Shown: positions 25,954 through 41,800 of the stretch, piece after piece
Position numbering within the stretch: position 1 is the stretch's first letter
How the letters are laid out: the number at the start of each line of letters is the position of its first letter
From: the human T2T-CHM13v2.0 reference genome, Homo sapiens
Strand: one strand, 5' to 3'
Assembly: GCF_009914755.1 (NCBI RefSeq)
Contig: NC_060927.1
Length of the DNA stretch: 64,000 nt
Notes under the pieces: model-generated
Databases searched by the model: none
What the model saw: the letters and a program-made list of their open reading frames with translations, nothing else
What the model was told of the DNA's origin: nothing
Made by a program: the position numbers and the translations under genes

Positions 25954-26059
25954 CTGAGCTTGTGATATGATCATCTGATCATTTACCAACTTTATTTTAC
26001 CAAATTCTGAGCTTGTGATATGATCATTTGATCATTTACCAACTTGATTTTACCAAATT
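25954..26059. repeat. Tandem duplication, 2 x 53 bp
   Basis: CTGAGCTTGTGATATGATCAT(C/T)TGATCATTTACCAACTT(T/G)ATTTTACCAAATT at 25954-26006 and 26007-26059, with 2 mismatches. Confidence 0.95.
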
Positions 26060-28064
26060 CTCTATCAACTAGAAAGAAAATACACTGTAGCAGGCTTTGT
26101 CTCAGTCAAACTGCTATACCAAGGCATGTTTAGGATCGTGCCAGAGTGAAATATGCTTGTTCCTAATGGGAACTCATTTAACTCCACTGTCTTGAAAACC
26201 CTCAAATGTCATTCAGCTACTGCTGTGTGCAGATGACCTTCCTTTTAAAGTGCACCTGTAAGACAACTGAAAGAGTTTATCAGAAGCATTGCTGTATCAG
26301 CACAATGCTATTAACTGCTGATAAGCCTGACAATAATTTGAGTCATGGACAGACCTGCACCAGGGACTTAGAGAGAAAGGCCAAAGACCTTAATTGACAT
26401 AATCGAGCCCCACATTCTCACAGAAACTTCTATAGTAGACAGTATTTTGCTCAGGTTTTTACTGATTAGAGATAACAAAATTAAATTGAAAACTTATATT
26501 TTCTAGAGAAACTTTTGGGAGCTACTAGTGGCAAATGTACTTGGGCCTCTCTAAAAGACCCTCCTGAAACCATTAGAGATATTAATATTTGTTTTGAAGT
26601 TATTAAAGGAGTCCCCTGGAAAAGAAACTATTAGCAGTGTTTATTTCTGGAAATAGGGAGGTTTGCAGTTAGAGAAAGACTTTTTATTTTATACGCATAT
26701 TGTACTGTTGGAATTTTTGGTAGGAAATTGGATTACTTTTTAAAAAGTTGTCAACCTATTTTATAGTGAAGTCAGTATCTGTATGTGCATGTTGAAATCC
26801 ATGAAAACATTATTAAAATGGTAAAAAAAAAAAAAAAAGCAAACAAAACACCCCATTAGACCAGAAGCTTTTGTATTATGCAATCTTGGGTTATGATCCC
26901 TAAGAGGCGGGTCATAATATATCCTGTACTTTGTAGATACAGACAATTCTCATCCTAAAAATGGCCTTTGTCCCAAAGGTAATTTACACTTCAGTGGCTT
27001 GGAACATGAAATGGATTTTTCCCCTGTAGAATCAATTTTGCACAGGTGGTCTAATTCCTTTACAAATCTCTAAGTAACTCAAGAAAAAACATTCACATGT
27101 CTATGAAGAAAAATGCTAATAAATCTGAAGGTCTTAGCACATATTAGCCATGTTTCAGTGGAAGAAAAGTATTTCTAGGTTCCAGTATGGAATGCTAGGA
27201 CAACACCTCCCTCTCTATATTGCCATAATCAAGATGGGCAAGGGAGGTCATCTCTTTTCTCTCTCTCTCACTGATGGCAATAGGAACGTTTCCAAGACCT
27301 CCAGCTTCCTTGAGGTGATGCTTTCCGACCAGAGCAGATAGCTCAAGAATCAGGGCGGAGAATCTGGAATAGTATGAGAGAATAAGAGGTAGGACTCATT
27401 CCTGAGATTTTAAGAGGAAGGAGACCAGAGAGGTAGGCCAGAGACTCAGCATGAAACAATGGCGGGGTGGAGCTAACCTTTCTTGAACCTTCATTTCCTT
27501 GATACTCACTACTGCTCAGTGAGCCTTGTGTGTGGCTGGGAGCACCTCTAGAAGTAGGTAGAGAGGGAGAAACAGCAGTCCTAGCAGCTCTCTGAGAAGG
27601 AAAACAGGTTTCTCTTGCCCTTTCCTCCCACCTTTCTTACTAAGATGAGATTGATACCAGGATGTTAGGGAAAAGCAAGGATGATAGGAATAAGGGGACT
27701 GAGAATAGGAAGCGTGTGGGAGGAAATAGCTGAACAGGTTTCCTTTTTCTTTTTTCTCATTTAATTCTGCCAGTTTCAGCTGCCAGCTTAAAATTTATAA
27801 AGAGCTTAACCCAATGCTGGAAAGTGAGAGGAAGGAAGAGAGTGAAAAGCAAGGGCTTGGGACGCTGGTGAAGAGGAGAAACAAGGAAGAGACCCAGCTC
27901 CCACTGCTTGAACAAGCGTGGGAGAAAGTCATTTTCTCTTCTTTCATCAGCCATGTCCTCTGCCATAAGACCCCAATGCTAACACCTTTACAGTCTTCCC
28001 AGATTTATAAGACAAAAAGCTAGAGAAAAAAACAAAGAAGGATATGAATACTTTTATAATTATT

Positions 28065-28270
28065 GTAATTCACATTTATTTAGCACTATTTAGCACATAT
28101 TTTTCTAAGCCCTTTATGTGTGTTAACTGATCTAAACGCCATAATGACCACGTAGTAGTATAGGTATTTATTATTACTTTCTTTAATGGTTGAGGAAACT
28201 GAGGTGCACAGAGATTGCACACTTTGCCCAGAGTTATACAGGTGACTTAGCAGATACAGATGCTCATTTG
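28065..28270 (-). mobile_element. MIR SINE
   Basis: CATTTATTAGCACT...GAGGAAACTGAGGTGCACAGAGA...CTTTGCCCAGAGTTATACAG. Confidence 0.8.
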
Positions 28271-30124
28271 TATTCACTAATTCAAGAGGGTTAGAGGAAA
28301 ATCAAGGACTGCTTCTATTCCATGTCTGTGTGTGTGAGTGGTGTCATCAGAGGTCTAAGACATAAAAAGACAGTTCCATTGTAGAACTTTTTACATGCAA
28401 GAAGAATTGTGCCAGAACAGAAGTACCTAATTCTAAGTTGATATGGTGTAACTTTTCATAGGTTTTTTTTAAAGGCAGAAAACATCATGGAAAAAACTGA
28501 ATTGTTCAAAAAATTGTTCAAAAAATTGTAAGTAGAGTGAACAAATGAGCCTGGGAAAATAGGATCTGGCAAATGTTCCAACAGGCTTTTATCCTTAGCA
28601 TAGAGCAATAATCTTGGAAATGAGGGAAGCCCCATTGCTTGAATGATGTACCACTTGAGAATGATCAGGTGAGATAATGGCTTTTCTCTATTTCATATTG
28701 TTTGAGCCTTGGAGGAAGCACATTCCCTATATTATAAGAATTGAGTTGTATTGATTCACATTTTACTCATTTATTTTAGATCATGTTACTCTTAAATCAC
28801 TGAGAGACTACCAAATTCTGCTTAAATATTTTCTAATGTATTTTCTATCTTAAATCACTTAAAAAAATCAGCATTAAAAACTAGAAGAGTAATTTTAACC
28901 TTCAGATTACCTCTGCAGTTCACAATTTTAGGCTTGGATTGAAATTTCCTAGAATAATAGAAAACAGAATTGGGGTTTAATGAGTTTATGTAAATTACAT
29001 GTGAATGTGAGTTATCACATTAAAAAAATTACCATCAGTTGCCTGATGGAATAAATTAAAAATAAAAACAAAATATTTACAAAGCAAACCACTATATTAG
29101 GAATTAGATGATGCCCACTGTGGTATATCTTTCTGGAGCATCTGTTTTCATTGGGAAAATGTTAATACTAACAATGATGATTTCGATAATACCATTTATT
29201 GAGCATAAACCTCCAAGGGCAAAACTATGAAATACTGCCATTGTTTTCTTTTCTGCTTTGTCTCAAAGATGAGAGCTGTGGACAAAACCATCTACTAATT
29301 TATCTGCTACTTACTCAAATAGCTGTTACTTCACATTCTAAGATACTAGTTAATATTAGGGAAACAATTTAAGGAAAGTTAGTATTAACAATTATTGTTT
29401 ATGCTTTTGCTCTATGCAAATTATATTTGAAATATTCACAAAAAGAGGTGAAAATAGTACTGACTCTGTAAATTTCTGATCACAATAGGAATCTGAGCAT
29501 GCAGTTGATACTTAGACAATGTAAATTACCTATAAGCAAAGAGGATTCACACCAAACCTATGGGAGTGATTGGTTCAATCCTTACAACATCCCTAAAAGT
29601 TTCTTGTCCCCATTTTGTAGAGGCAAAAGAAAAACAAATATAGATAGGCAAAAGCGGGAAATTTAAAAATGTAACTACATTATATCATTGACATTTTATT
29701 TCAGTGCTGGTTACTGGGCATGAGGGAGGGAGCCTTAACTAACTTTCTGGCTCAGAAGAGTATTTGAGTGAAAATAATTCTGAACATAACTGCCCAAAAC
29801 ATAGACAAAAATCTGGGAACATGAAGTCTCAGGACATATCAGCAAGATGAGGCTAAAAACTAAGAAAATCCAAAAAAAAAAAAATTACCTGTTGGTTATG
29901 GCTGTCCAAATGAAGTTATTTCAGAGGCACCGGGAAAATTGCCAGATCTACTTTCCCAACCCCTCTGCAAAAGAACTTGCTTGCTCATTGACACCTGAAG
30001 CTCTTAGTAAAGCATGAAATCTTTCTTTCATCCAATGCATAGTTATTGATCATCTATGAAGTGACCGGCACATTTTTATTTTCATTTAATCTTTGTACTC
30101 ATGTGAGAAATTATGATAAAACAG

Positions 30125-30990
30125 AGTCTCTTCGTTGCTTCCCAGGAAGTAGACTCTGAGAAGATTCGTGTACAAAAAATATAGTAGGATGTATTCTGGA
30201 AATAAGCACCTAAGGACGGGAAGAACCCTGAACAGATTGAAAAACTGGATATAATTTAATATTAACAAAGGCCTCTCAAAACCCTACATAAAGCTCTCAA
30301 ACTGGAATGAATGTTGAAAGTTGTTCCTAGTTGTGGCAAAGGGGCTGTACATTTATAATCTTGTGTTGACTAGTAATTAGAAACAAGCCACCTTGGGAAG
30401 GGGCTGAGATATCGGACAATGTGATGCTTTTCAGATAACACAATTTCTGAAGAGGGCTGAAAGCTGAAGCAGCATGGCATGTGAATTAGTCCGTTTTCAT
30501 GCTATAAAGAAATACCTGAGACTGGGTAATTTATAAAGGAAAGGGGTTTAATTGATTCCCAGTTCTGCATGGCTGGGAGGCCTCAGGGAACTTACAATCA
30601 TAGCGCAAGGGGAAGCAAACACGTTTTTCTTCACTAGGCGGCAGGAGAGAGAAGTGTGAACAGTGAAGGGGGATGAGTTTTTATTAGATAATGCTCACTG
30701 TGGTGTATCTTTCTGGAGCATTTGTTTCATTGGGAAAATGTTAATACTATATGTTAATACTTATAAAATCATCAGATCTCCTTAGAACTCATTAGCTATC
30801 ACAAGAACAGCATAGGGGAAACCACTCCGTGTTCCAATCACCGACCACTGGATTCCTCCCTCAACACGTGGGGATTATGGGGATTACAATTTGAGATAAG
30901 TTTTGTGTAGGGTCACAGAGCAAACCGTATCAGCATGTAAGTTTTCACCTCTGAAAGAGGAATCAAGACAGCACTGAGCCTTGTCAGACA
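30125..30990 (-). mobile_element. LTR16-family (ERVL) LTR interrupted by a younger MaLR LTR
   Basis: CCCAGGAAGTAGACTCTGAGAAGATT...AAGGCCTC...AAGTTGTTCC...GGGGCTG...TTTATA...AATTTCTGAAGAGGG at 30125-30476. It resumes after 30937 (CTCTGAAAGAGGAATC). Confidence 0.6.
30482..30932 (-). mobile_element. MSTA/THE1D-like MaLR solo LTR with perfect 5-bp TSD (GCATG)
   Basis: TGAATTAGTCCGTTTTCAT...AAAGAAATACCTGAGACTGGGTAATTTATAAAG...CAGAGCAAACCGTATCA. GCATG lies at 30477-30481 and 30933-30937. Confidence 0.9.
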
Positions 30991-32363
30991 CATTCACTAT
31001 TGGAGGTTGTGCCTAAGTTGCCAAAGTCTTGGGAAAGTTTACCTGTGAACTCAAATTGGTGTTCAAATATAAACAAGTGGTGTCAGACACAATTAACAGG
31101 TTTATTTGGAGAAGAAAGAAAGAGCAAAATGACTCTGTCAGTAGAAGGAGGGAACATTGGCTAATGTGTGAGTGAAAGAAGGAAAGCAGAAAAGAAAGGA
31201 AGAAAGAAACCTAAAATGGGTTATTTTGTTATTCACCATGAGAATGGTCTTTTTTATGTTAGATGAAAGCATTTTCCCTGGTCTAGGAAAATTCTAGGTG
31301 GTTCCAAACTTCCTGAAGATTGGCCTTGTAGTATTGAGAACACCAAATACGGAATGCCATAGAACCACGTTCACTGTTTCTGTTGAGTTACAGGACATCC
31401 TGCAAGTTGTCCAGGCTTCTGACTTATAACTTGGATGCACAGATTGGGGTATACATTAAGGCCAAGTGGATTTCCTCCAGGGTTCTACCCTTCCAAAGGG
31501 TGAAAAGAAGTTTTTTGAGAAAGCACTCTTTGTGAAGACTTTTAAAGTCTCTTATTTCTTAAAATTAGAGTTTGACATGAGAAGTATATAACCCAAAGAT
31601 AAGTGTGATGTTATCACACTTCTCCATATTTGTGACTGGCAAACCTTCTGGAGACTGGCAGTATTTAACAACTCTATTTTTATTAATTCTCATAGTTCCA
31701 GAAAAATCTTCATTACAAACTCTATCCAAGTAATATTGAAATTTTATATTAATTACCTATTTGTAGATTATAAAAATTGGAGAGTATTTAAATTCAGAAC
31801 ATCAAGAAATGCCTTTATAGTCTTGAATAAAGACATGTTATTTACAGATGTAAACCATGACATTAATTCTCTTAATTGGAAAAAAAAAATTCCCAAGACC
31901 ACTTTTTTCAGGCTGAAAAAGGAATTGCAAATTTGCAAAACCAATGTTCCTGCCTGTAAAGATAAAACCTCAAAATAATGATATGGTGATAACTTTCTCA
32001 TCATTTGGTAAGTTCAGCTGGAGTCAGAAGCAGAATGTTTATACCTTCAGAATTTACAAAGAAGCTGTAAGTGCTAACTCATGCTCACATAATACTACTT
32101 AACAAATTCTTATGTGATAAACCCAGTAAGGGCAAAAAAAGAAAAAAAGAAAGTGGAGAGAACACTAAATGTCTTTGTTTCACACTTAGCAAATTTAACT
32201 GTCCTCTCCAAATTAGCACCAGATTTTTCCTCGGCAACACCAAAGAAGGTATTCTGCCCTACATTTTAGCACATACAGTAGGAAGGAAAAAATGACAAAT
32301 ACTTCAAAAATGCTAAAATGGTTCCATTTTATTTATGGTATTTCTTGTCCTTTGAAAAAGGAG

Positions 32364-32370
<7 letters not shown>

Positions 32371-32424
<54 letters not shown>

Positions 32425-32455
32425 TATACACACACATACACACACACATATATAT
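32371..32455. repeat. (TA)n-(CA)n compound microsatellite
   Basis: About 22 TA units followed by interrupted CA units. Confidence 0.95.
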
Positions 32456-33060
32456 GAATTCCTTATATATTCTTCTAATTTATTTAATTTTTTTTCTGAT
32501 AGAGGATAAAATAATGAGCTTACTCCCAGTGTTAACAAAAGTGGCATTGGATTATTGTTTGTACGTGATACTGAATAGTGTATAAGGGACATTCTTCATG
32601 TTGACAGTTCCTCTGCTCATTGGTTGGAATAATGTTAACTCTCTTGGTTTATTGGTAGTCCAAATACCAGCAGTTTAAATCCATTTTATATGTAGACTAG
32701 TTTACAATGGTTTAAATTAATCGAGGCTGAAAATTCTTAAAACTGTGGCTAAAATTCCATTTTGATTCCATTTGACTCAGAAACCTGTCTCATCAAAAAA
32801 CTAGGCAATGACCTCTGGTGCCTCAGCCCATTCCACCCATAGCAAATAGGCTGGGTCACCTCCTCATGGGAACCACAGTATTAAACCCAGATCATGTAGT
32901 AAAAGTAGACCATGACTGTTTCTTTCCAGTGTTCTTCTAGCCACAATAAGCTGCTACTATTTCATATGAAAACAGAAAAATCCCTTGCTCAGCTGGAGAG
33001 GACCTACAAACACAGTCAAAGGGCCACAGCTCATTGCTCTGAGAGACACTCCTTTATCCA

Positions 33061-33235
33061 CCAAAAAATGACTGCACCTGCAGGTCAGCTGAATCCACTG
33101 AAGCATCTTTAGTTCCTTGATCACTGACAAGTTGCAGGACTCATCTACCAAAAATGACTTCACCTGCAGGTCAGCTGAGTCCACTTCAGCATCTTTAGTT
33201 CCTTGATCACTGACAAGTTGCGGGACTCATCTACC
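33061..33235. repeat. Tandem duplication, 87 + 86 bp
   Basis: CCAAAAA(A)TGACT.CACCTGCAGGTCAGCTGA...TTGATCACTGACAAGTTGC.GGACTCATCTA at 33061-33147 and 33148-33233, with 5 substitutions and 1 indel. Confidence 0.95.
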
Positions 33236-33499
33236 TTCTCTTCTACACCCATCCTTATATTTTTGGGCTTATTCTTTTGCAATTCAATACTCATAATAAT
33301 CCTGGGTATTATAGTAACCTATAAAATGAACCATATAAAACTCTGTATTCTTAGTTCTCCCACAAACACATTGATCTGCACCTTTATGCCATTTCTCCAA
33401 TCCGCTCTAATAGTTAGATCTTGCACTGGGCCATCACCTGCACATAACATCCTGCCTTTCACCTTTCTCACCAGTTTTTCCAAATCTCTTATTCTTCAT

Positions 33500-35150
33500 T
33501 ATTTTGGGACCCCCTGGTTCCTTTCCCTTATATAATTTCTCTCTCTCCCTTAAACCCTTCCAATATTCACATCACTCCTTGTACTTCACTATGTGCCAGT
33601 ATAATCAACTAACAGCTGATAGGATTCCCTGAGTCTCTTGTCACTAAAGCCTCATGTTTACCTACCCCTGTACTCATTCATTTCACCTCTATCTTGTTAC
33701 AACTGAAGAGTCCTAAGCCAGTCCCTTCATCTGATCTATGGCTCCTGTTCCATTCTGCTTTCCGAGGAACACTGATCTATTGTTTATGTCCCCTCTCTCG
33801 GGACAAATTTTCCTTCTCTGTTTCTCATTTTCTATCAGATTTAAACAACCTCAGGTGTCTTCTATCTGAAAAAGGTAGTCTTTCTAGCTCATATTCTCTT
33901 TAATCTACACTTGATTTTTATCTCCCATCTTCACAGGATAATTTAATAAAAGAGATGTTACACTTACTGGCTTATTTTATTATCCTGCACCTTTTCTCTG
34001 AAACTTTTCCCATCCTAGTCACTGACACATCCCTTTAGTAAATATAATGTGCTGTTTTCATAGCTTGGACCCACTAACGACATTTAATACACCTCATCAC
34101 TTCCTCTTATAACATTCCTTTTCCGCGGCACTTAGGGCAATATACTTGCCTTTTTGGTCTGTTGTTCTGGCTCTTCCTTCTCAGTCTCTGCGCAGGTGCC
34201 AACAATGTTACTTTTATCTTAAATGTGCTAGGCCCTCTTGTCATCTCATTTTTCCTTAAAAAGTGAGCTTTGTGACTGTCATGGCTTCAAAAGCAAAATG
34301 AGTTGTGATATCTCCCAAATCTACACATGTATTGGAGATTTACCTCCTTAGCTCCAGACCTGTGTAGTCATCTACTTTTTGGGCGTTTCTAATTGCATAT
34401 AATATTGGTAGTTTCAAATTAATTCACTCAAAACTGAACTCACTTTGTACTGTGCAAAACCTGATCTTCTGGCATATGTATTTATGACAGAGGATTGTCA
34501 TCCACCCAGGTGCCCAAGCCAGAAATTTGAGAATTGTCCAAGACTCTTAGCACTCCTTGACCATCCTTCTCAGAACAAATCAGTTAGGAAGATGTGTGGA
34601 TTCTACTTCCCAAATATCTATCAAGCCTGTTCACTAGCCCTAATTCAATATGAAATTGCTGTCTCATGAGAACATAACGGTGATCCTTTGTGCCCTCAGT
34701 CAATTTCCCACACTATAAATATATCTTTCCAAAATCTAAATGTGTGATTGTGTCACTACCTTGCTTAAAACACTGAGAGTGTTCAAACTCTTGTCCATGG
34801 TGTCCTATGCCTTGTTCTCACATTGCACCTATCTCCCCAGCCCCATCCTCCATACTTCAACCATATTGAACTGTTTCCTTTATCTAAAGTTTTTAGTCTC
34901 TTTAAGATGCAGTTCTTTGCCTGCTGTTCTCACTTTCTCTTCCTTTACTTCTTCTCCAGCTTCTTCACCTAGCTAACTTCTATTTGATGATTCAAATATA
35001 ACTTTCTCTAGGAAGGCTTTCCTGGTCACTGTTAACATCTTCCCCCCACCTTACCTCCTGTTTGATTCTCTTTCCCATTATTTTTGTGATAGTTGAAAGC
35101 TGTACTTTCCCACATACACCACACTACATTATAATTTCTCCTCATCTTCA
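33500..35150 (+). mobile_element. Old L2 LINE (ORF2/3' region); its 3' tip resumes at about 38860-38950
   Basis: Pyrimidine-rich L2 sequence (CCCAAATCTAC...TAGCTCCAGACCTG, CTCAAAACTGAACTC, CCAAGCCAGAAA, TCTAGGAAGGCTTTCC). After the L1 comes CTCCACTAGGGCAGTGATTTTTGTC. Confidence 0.7.
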
Positions 35151-35167
35151 ACTTCTTTATATTGAAA

Positions 35168-38854
<3,687 letters not shown>

Positions 38855-41800
38855 GACAACTCCACTAGGGCAGTGATTTTTGTCAGACTTGATCACCATT
38901 ATTTTTCTAATCATAGCATCAGACTATGTAATAAAATTTCTGTTGCATAAGTACATAATTGAATATGTAAAAATTACTGAATAGTATATTTTAGGTTATA
39001 ATATAGAAATCTTTAAAGCTAAGTGCATGTAGCAGCTGTCTAGGATCTTACAGTTGAAATGGGGAGAGGAAACCATACTCTCCACCTATCCCAATAAGAA
39101 TAATTTGAGGAAAGTTCTAGAATAGAGGGGGTTTGAAATCAAGGCTTATTTAAGGCTTTGAAGCCAAGTTAATGAGGTTGAGTCTGAAGTAGCAGGGTAT
39201 TCTTCAGGTAACTCTAGATATGTAATGAATCAACTTGAAAAAGAGTAACTAAATCAAATGAACTTGTTTTGGAAAAATTATAGGCCAGCATCATTCCCTT
39301 TCCATCTCTCAAAATTATTTGTTTTATTTTTCTTTCATTTATAGTATCCACTTTTGTTGACAATCAACTATAAATCTTGCGATATATAATTACATCTCTA
39401 TGGAGGTATCAACATATTTGGTAGGTTATGGTCAATCTGATTTCAATAATACAAAGGACTTAAAGAGACATTAAATAAGTCAACAACTCTAACCCTTTGA
39501 AAATGGTGGTCATATAATATTTATATTACTCAGCTTAAATATTGGTGAAAGCTTAACTGTCTCTGTGCTTTAAAAATGTTTTGATATTGACATAATATAT
39601 CTATTACTAAAGGTAATTCATACGATAATTTTATTTTACCTTCTTTCCAAATATTATCATGTAAGTTATCTTTCCAAAGTACATCACTTAACCCTATATT
39701 AATACTTTCTTCAGTTTCAAGCTATAAGTTTATAAAATGCAATACTAATAATAGGTATCTGGTAAGGATATTATAATAATTAAATGAATTAAGCAGTGCT
39801 TTTCATCCTTATTTTACTTCCTTTTATTGAATGAAGAACACCCTTCACAATTCCTATACCCTACTAAGGTAAAATGATGAGGTGATTCATGATAGTTCTA
39901 GACTAAGGGTTTCAGCCTGGGGTCTCTGATTGTCCCAGGACCCTCCTGGCTATCATGAGGTGGTACTGGAATTATTCACTTTAGAACCTGAAACCCACTG
40001 GAGACACACATTTGGGAAGGTTTGAGATACTGCATGTAAAATTTTAAAATTAAGTAATGAGTGTTCAAGTCATTATGAGGACTTTACAATAACCTTGTGA
40101 ATGCAAAGCAGGGCACATCCTATCACCATTTTGCAAATGAGGGTTGCAAGGCTTTGGCAGATGTGTGGCACAGAAAGAAGGTTCTTTTCAGGACATGGAC
40201 TATTTTAAGCAGGACTAAGTCTCAGAACTTCCCCTCCTCAGCCTTTACCCAAAGCAAGCCAAGAGAGACATATAAGAATTACATGGGAGGAGCAAATGAA
40301 AGTTTATACATGAAATTTCAATACACATTCCCAGTTGAGAGTTACTTCTGCCATTTAGAATGTCTCCTATCCCTTCTGATGGTTGTAGACACTATGTTAC
40401 AAAATGTAGAGATGCAAAGGACCTTGATTCTATAGGAATGTTTGTCAATGACATTTATTCTTGGTATAGTGATATACTGGAAACTGTGAATAATGTTAAA
40501 TGTGTTAAGCACATAGACTGAAATTGTTAGTGATAAAATATGATCATATGATTTCCAGAAGCATTTACTTATAATTTGGTCATGTTGTTTTATTCTCTTT
40601 CTCCTCTGGAGAAAAATATTTTAAAGTTGATCCAGCATTTTTCTTAATTCAGAAGGTGATACAAATTGTATCACATCAATTTCTTAGGTTTCTTGAACGA
40701 AAGCATATCAAAGTACACAAAATCCCAGATGATTTGTTCCAAGGACAATAATTCACCTGTGTTCATATATACATACCCCAAAAGAAAACACAAAAGAAAA
40801 TAGCATGGTAAACATTCAGTAAATTATAAATTACTAAGATATTTAGCAAAAATTGAGAAGACTTAACAAAAATTAGTTGAATTATGACTTAGCTACCATA
40901 CACTCAGGTTTAAAAATTGTACAGGTTTAAAAAAAATACTCCCAGGACTTCATTTTTAAAAATATTTCATGGTATTACATAAAACCTGATCATTTTACGA
41001 AGGTATTAGTTGAATAGTTCTTTCTGTTGACTATGTGTATTTTTCATATTTCCATTAAGGTAATCAGAATTACATAAATAATAAATCATTATTTTGCTAA
41101 ATAAAATTAGATACGGCCAAACAGTCAATGAAAGACTGAAAAACAACAAACAAACAAGAATAAAATGGATAAATAAATTAATAAGATATACTAGGGTGGC
41201 ACACATTTATGGAAATGAAATAAAATGCCTTTCTCACATAGTAATTTACCAAAATATTCCTTCTGCTTATTTTAAAAACTGTAACTTTAGAAGAAAGTTG
41301 TAATATGATTTGTTTTTAATAAAAGACTTTAAATGTATAAAATGCTCAAATACATATTTCTGATTTATAGAGAAGAGGGAATAAACGTGGGGTTTGGAGC
41401 TTGGTGTATTTCTGGATTCCTTCATTGCGTTTACATTTAAGCAGCTAAACAGTTGTTTGGTGATAAAGAACAAGTCTTGATAGTGAATATGAATGCTTAC
41501 TAAAATGAAATGCACAGTGATTACAATAAAATTAGGCTCCCCAAAGAGATAATCACATAAAGCTCAGACGCAGAAAACCTTTAACACTATTTATAAAGGA
41601 AACAGCTGGCGGTCCCCAGATGTTCCACAACTTCCCTCTAGAAGAGAATACCAGGCATAACCCAGTGGACCATTATTAGAAAACACGATTTGAGTTTTTT
41701 TCCCCTTGAATGGCTATTGATTGGAATAATGCAGAAATATATTCTACACAGTTTAACTCAATTAAAAACTCTCTTGTGTACCAAATATGTGCACAGTTCT

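Noticed and set aside
25954-33235. Direct repeats as a possible CRISPR-like array
   Set aside because: Each has only two abutting copies and no unique spacers, and the context is eukaryotic.
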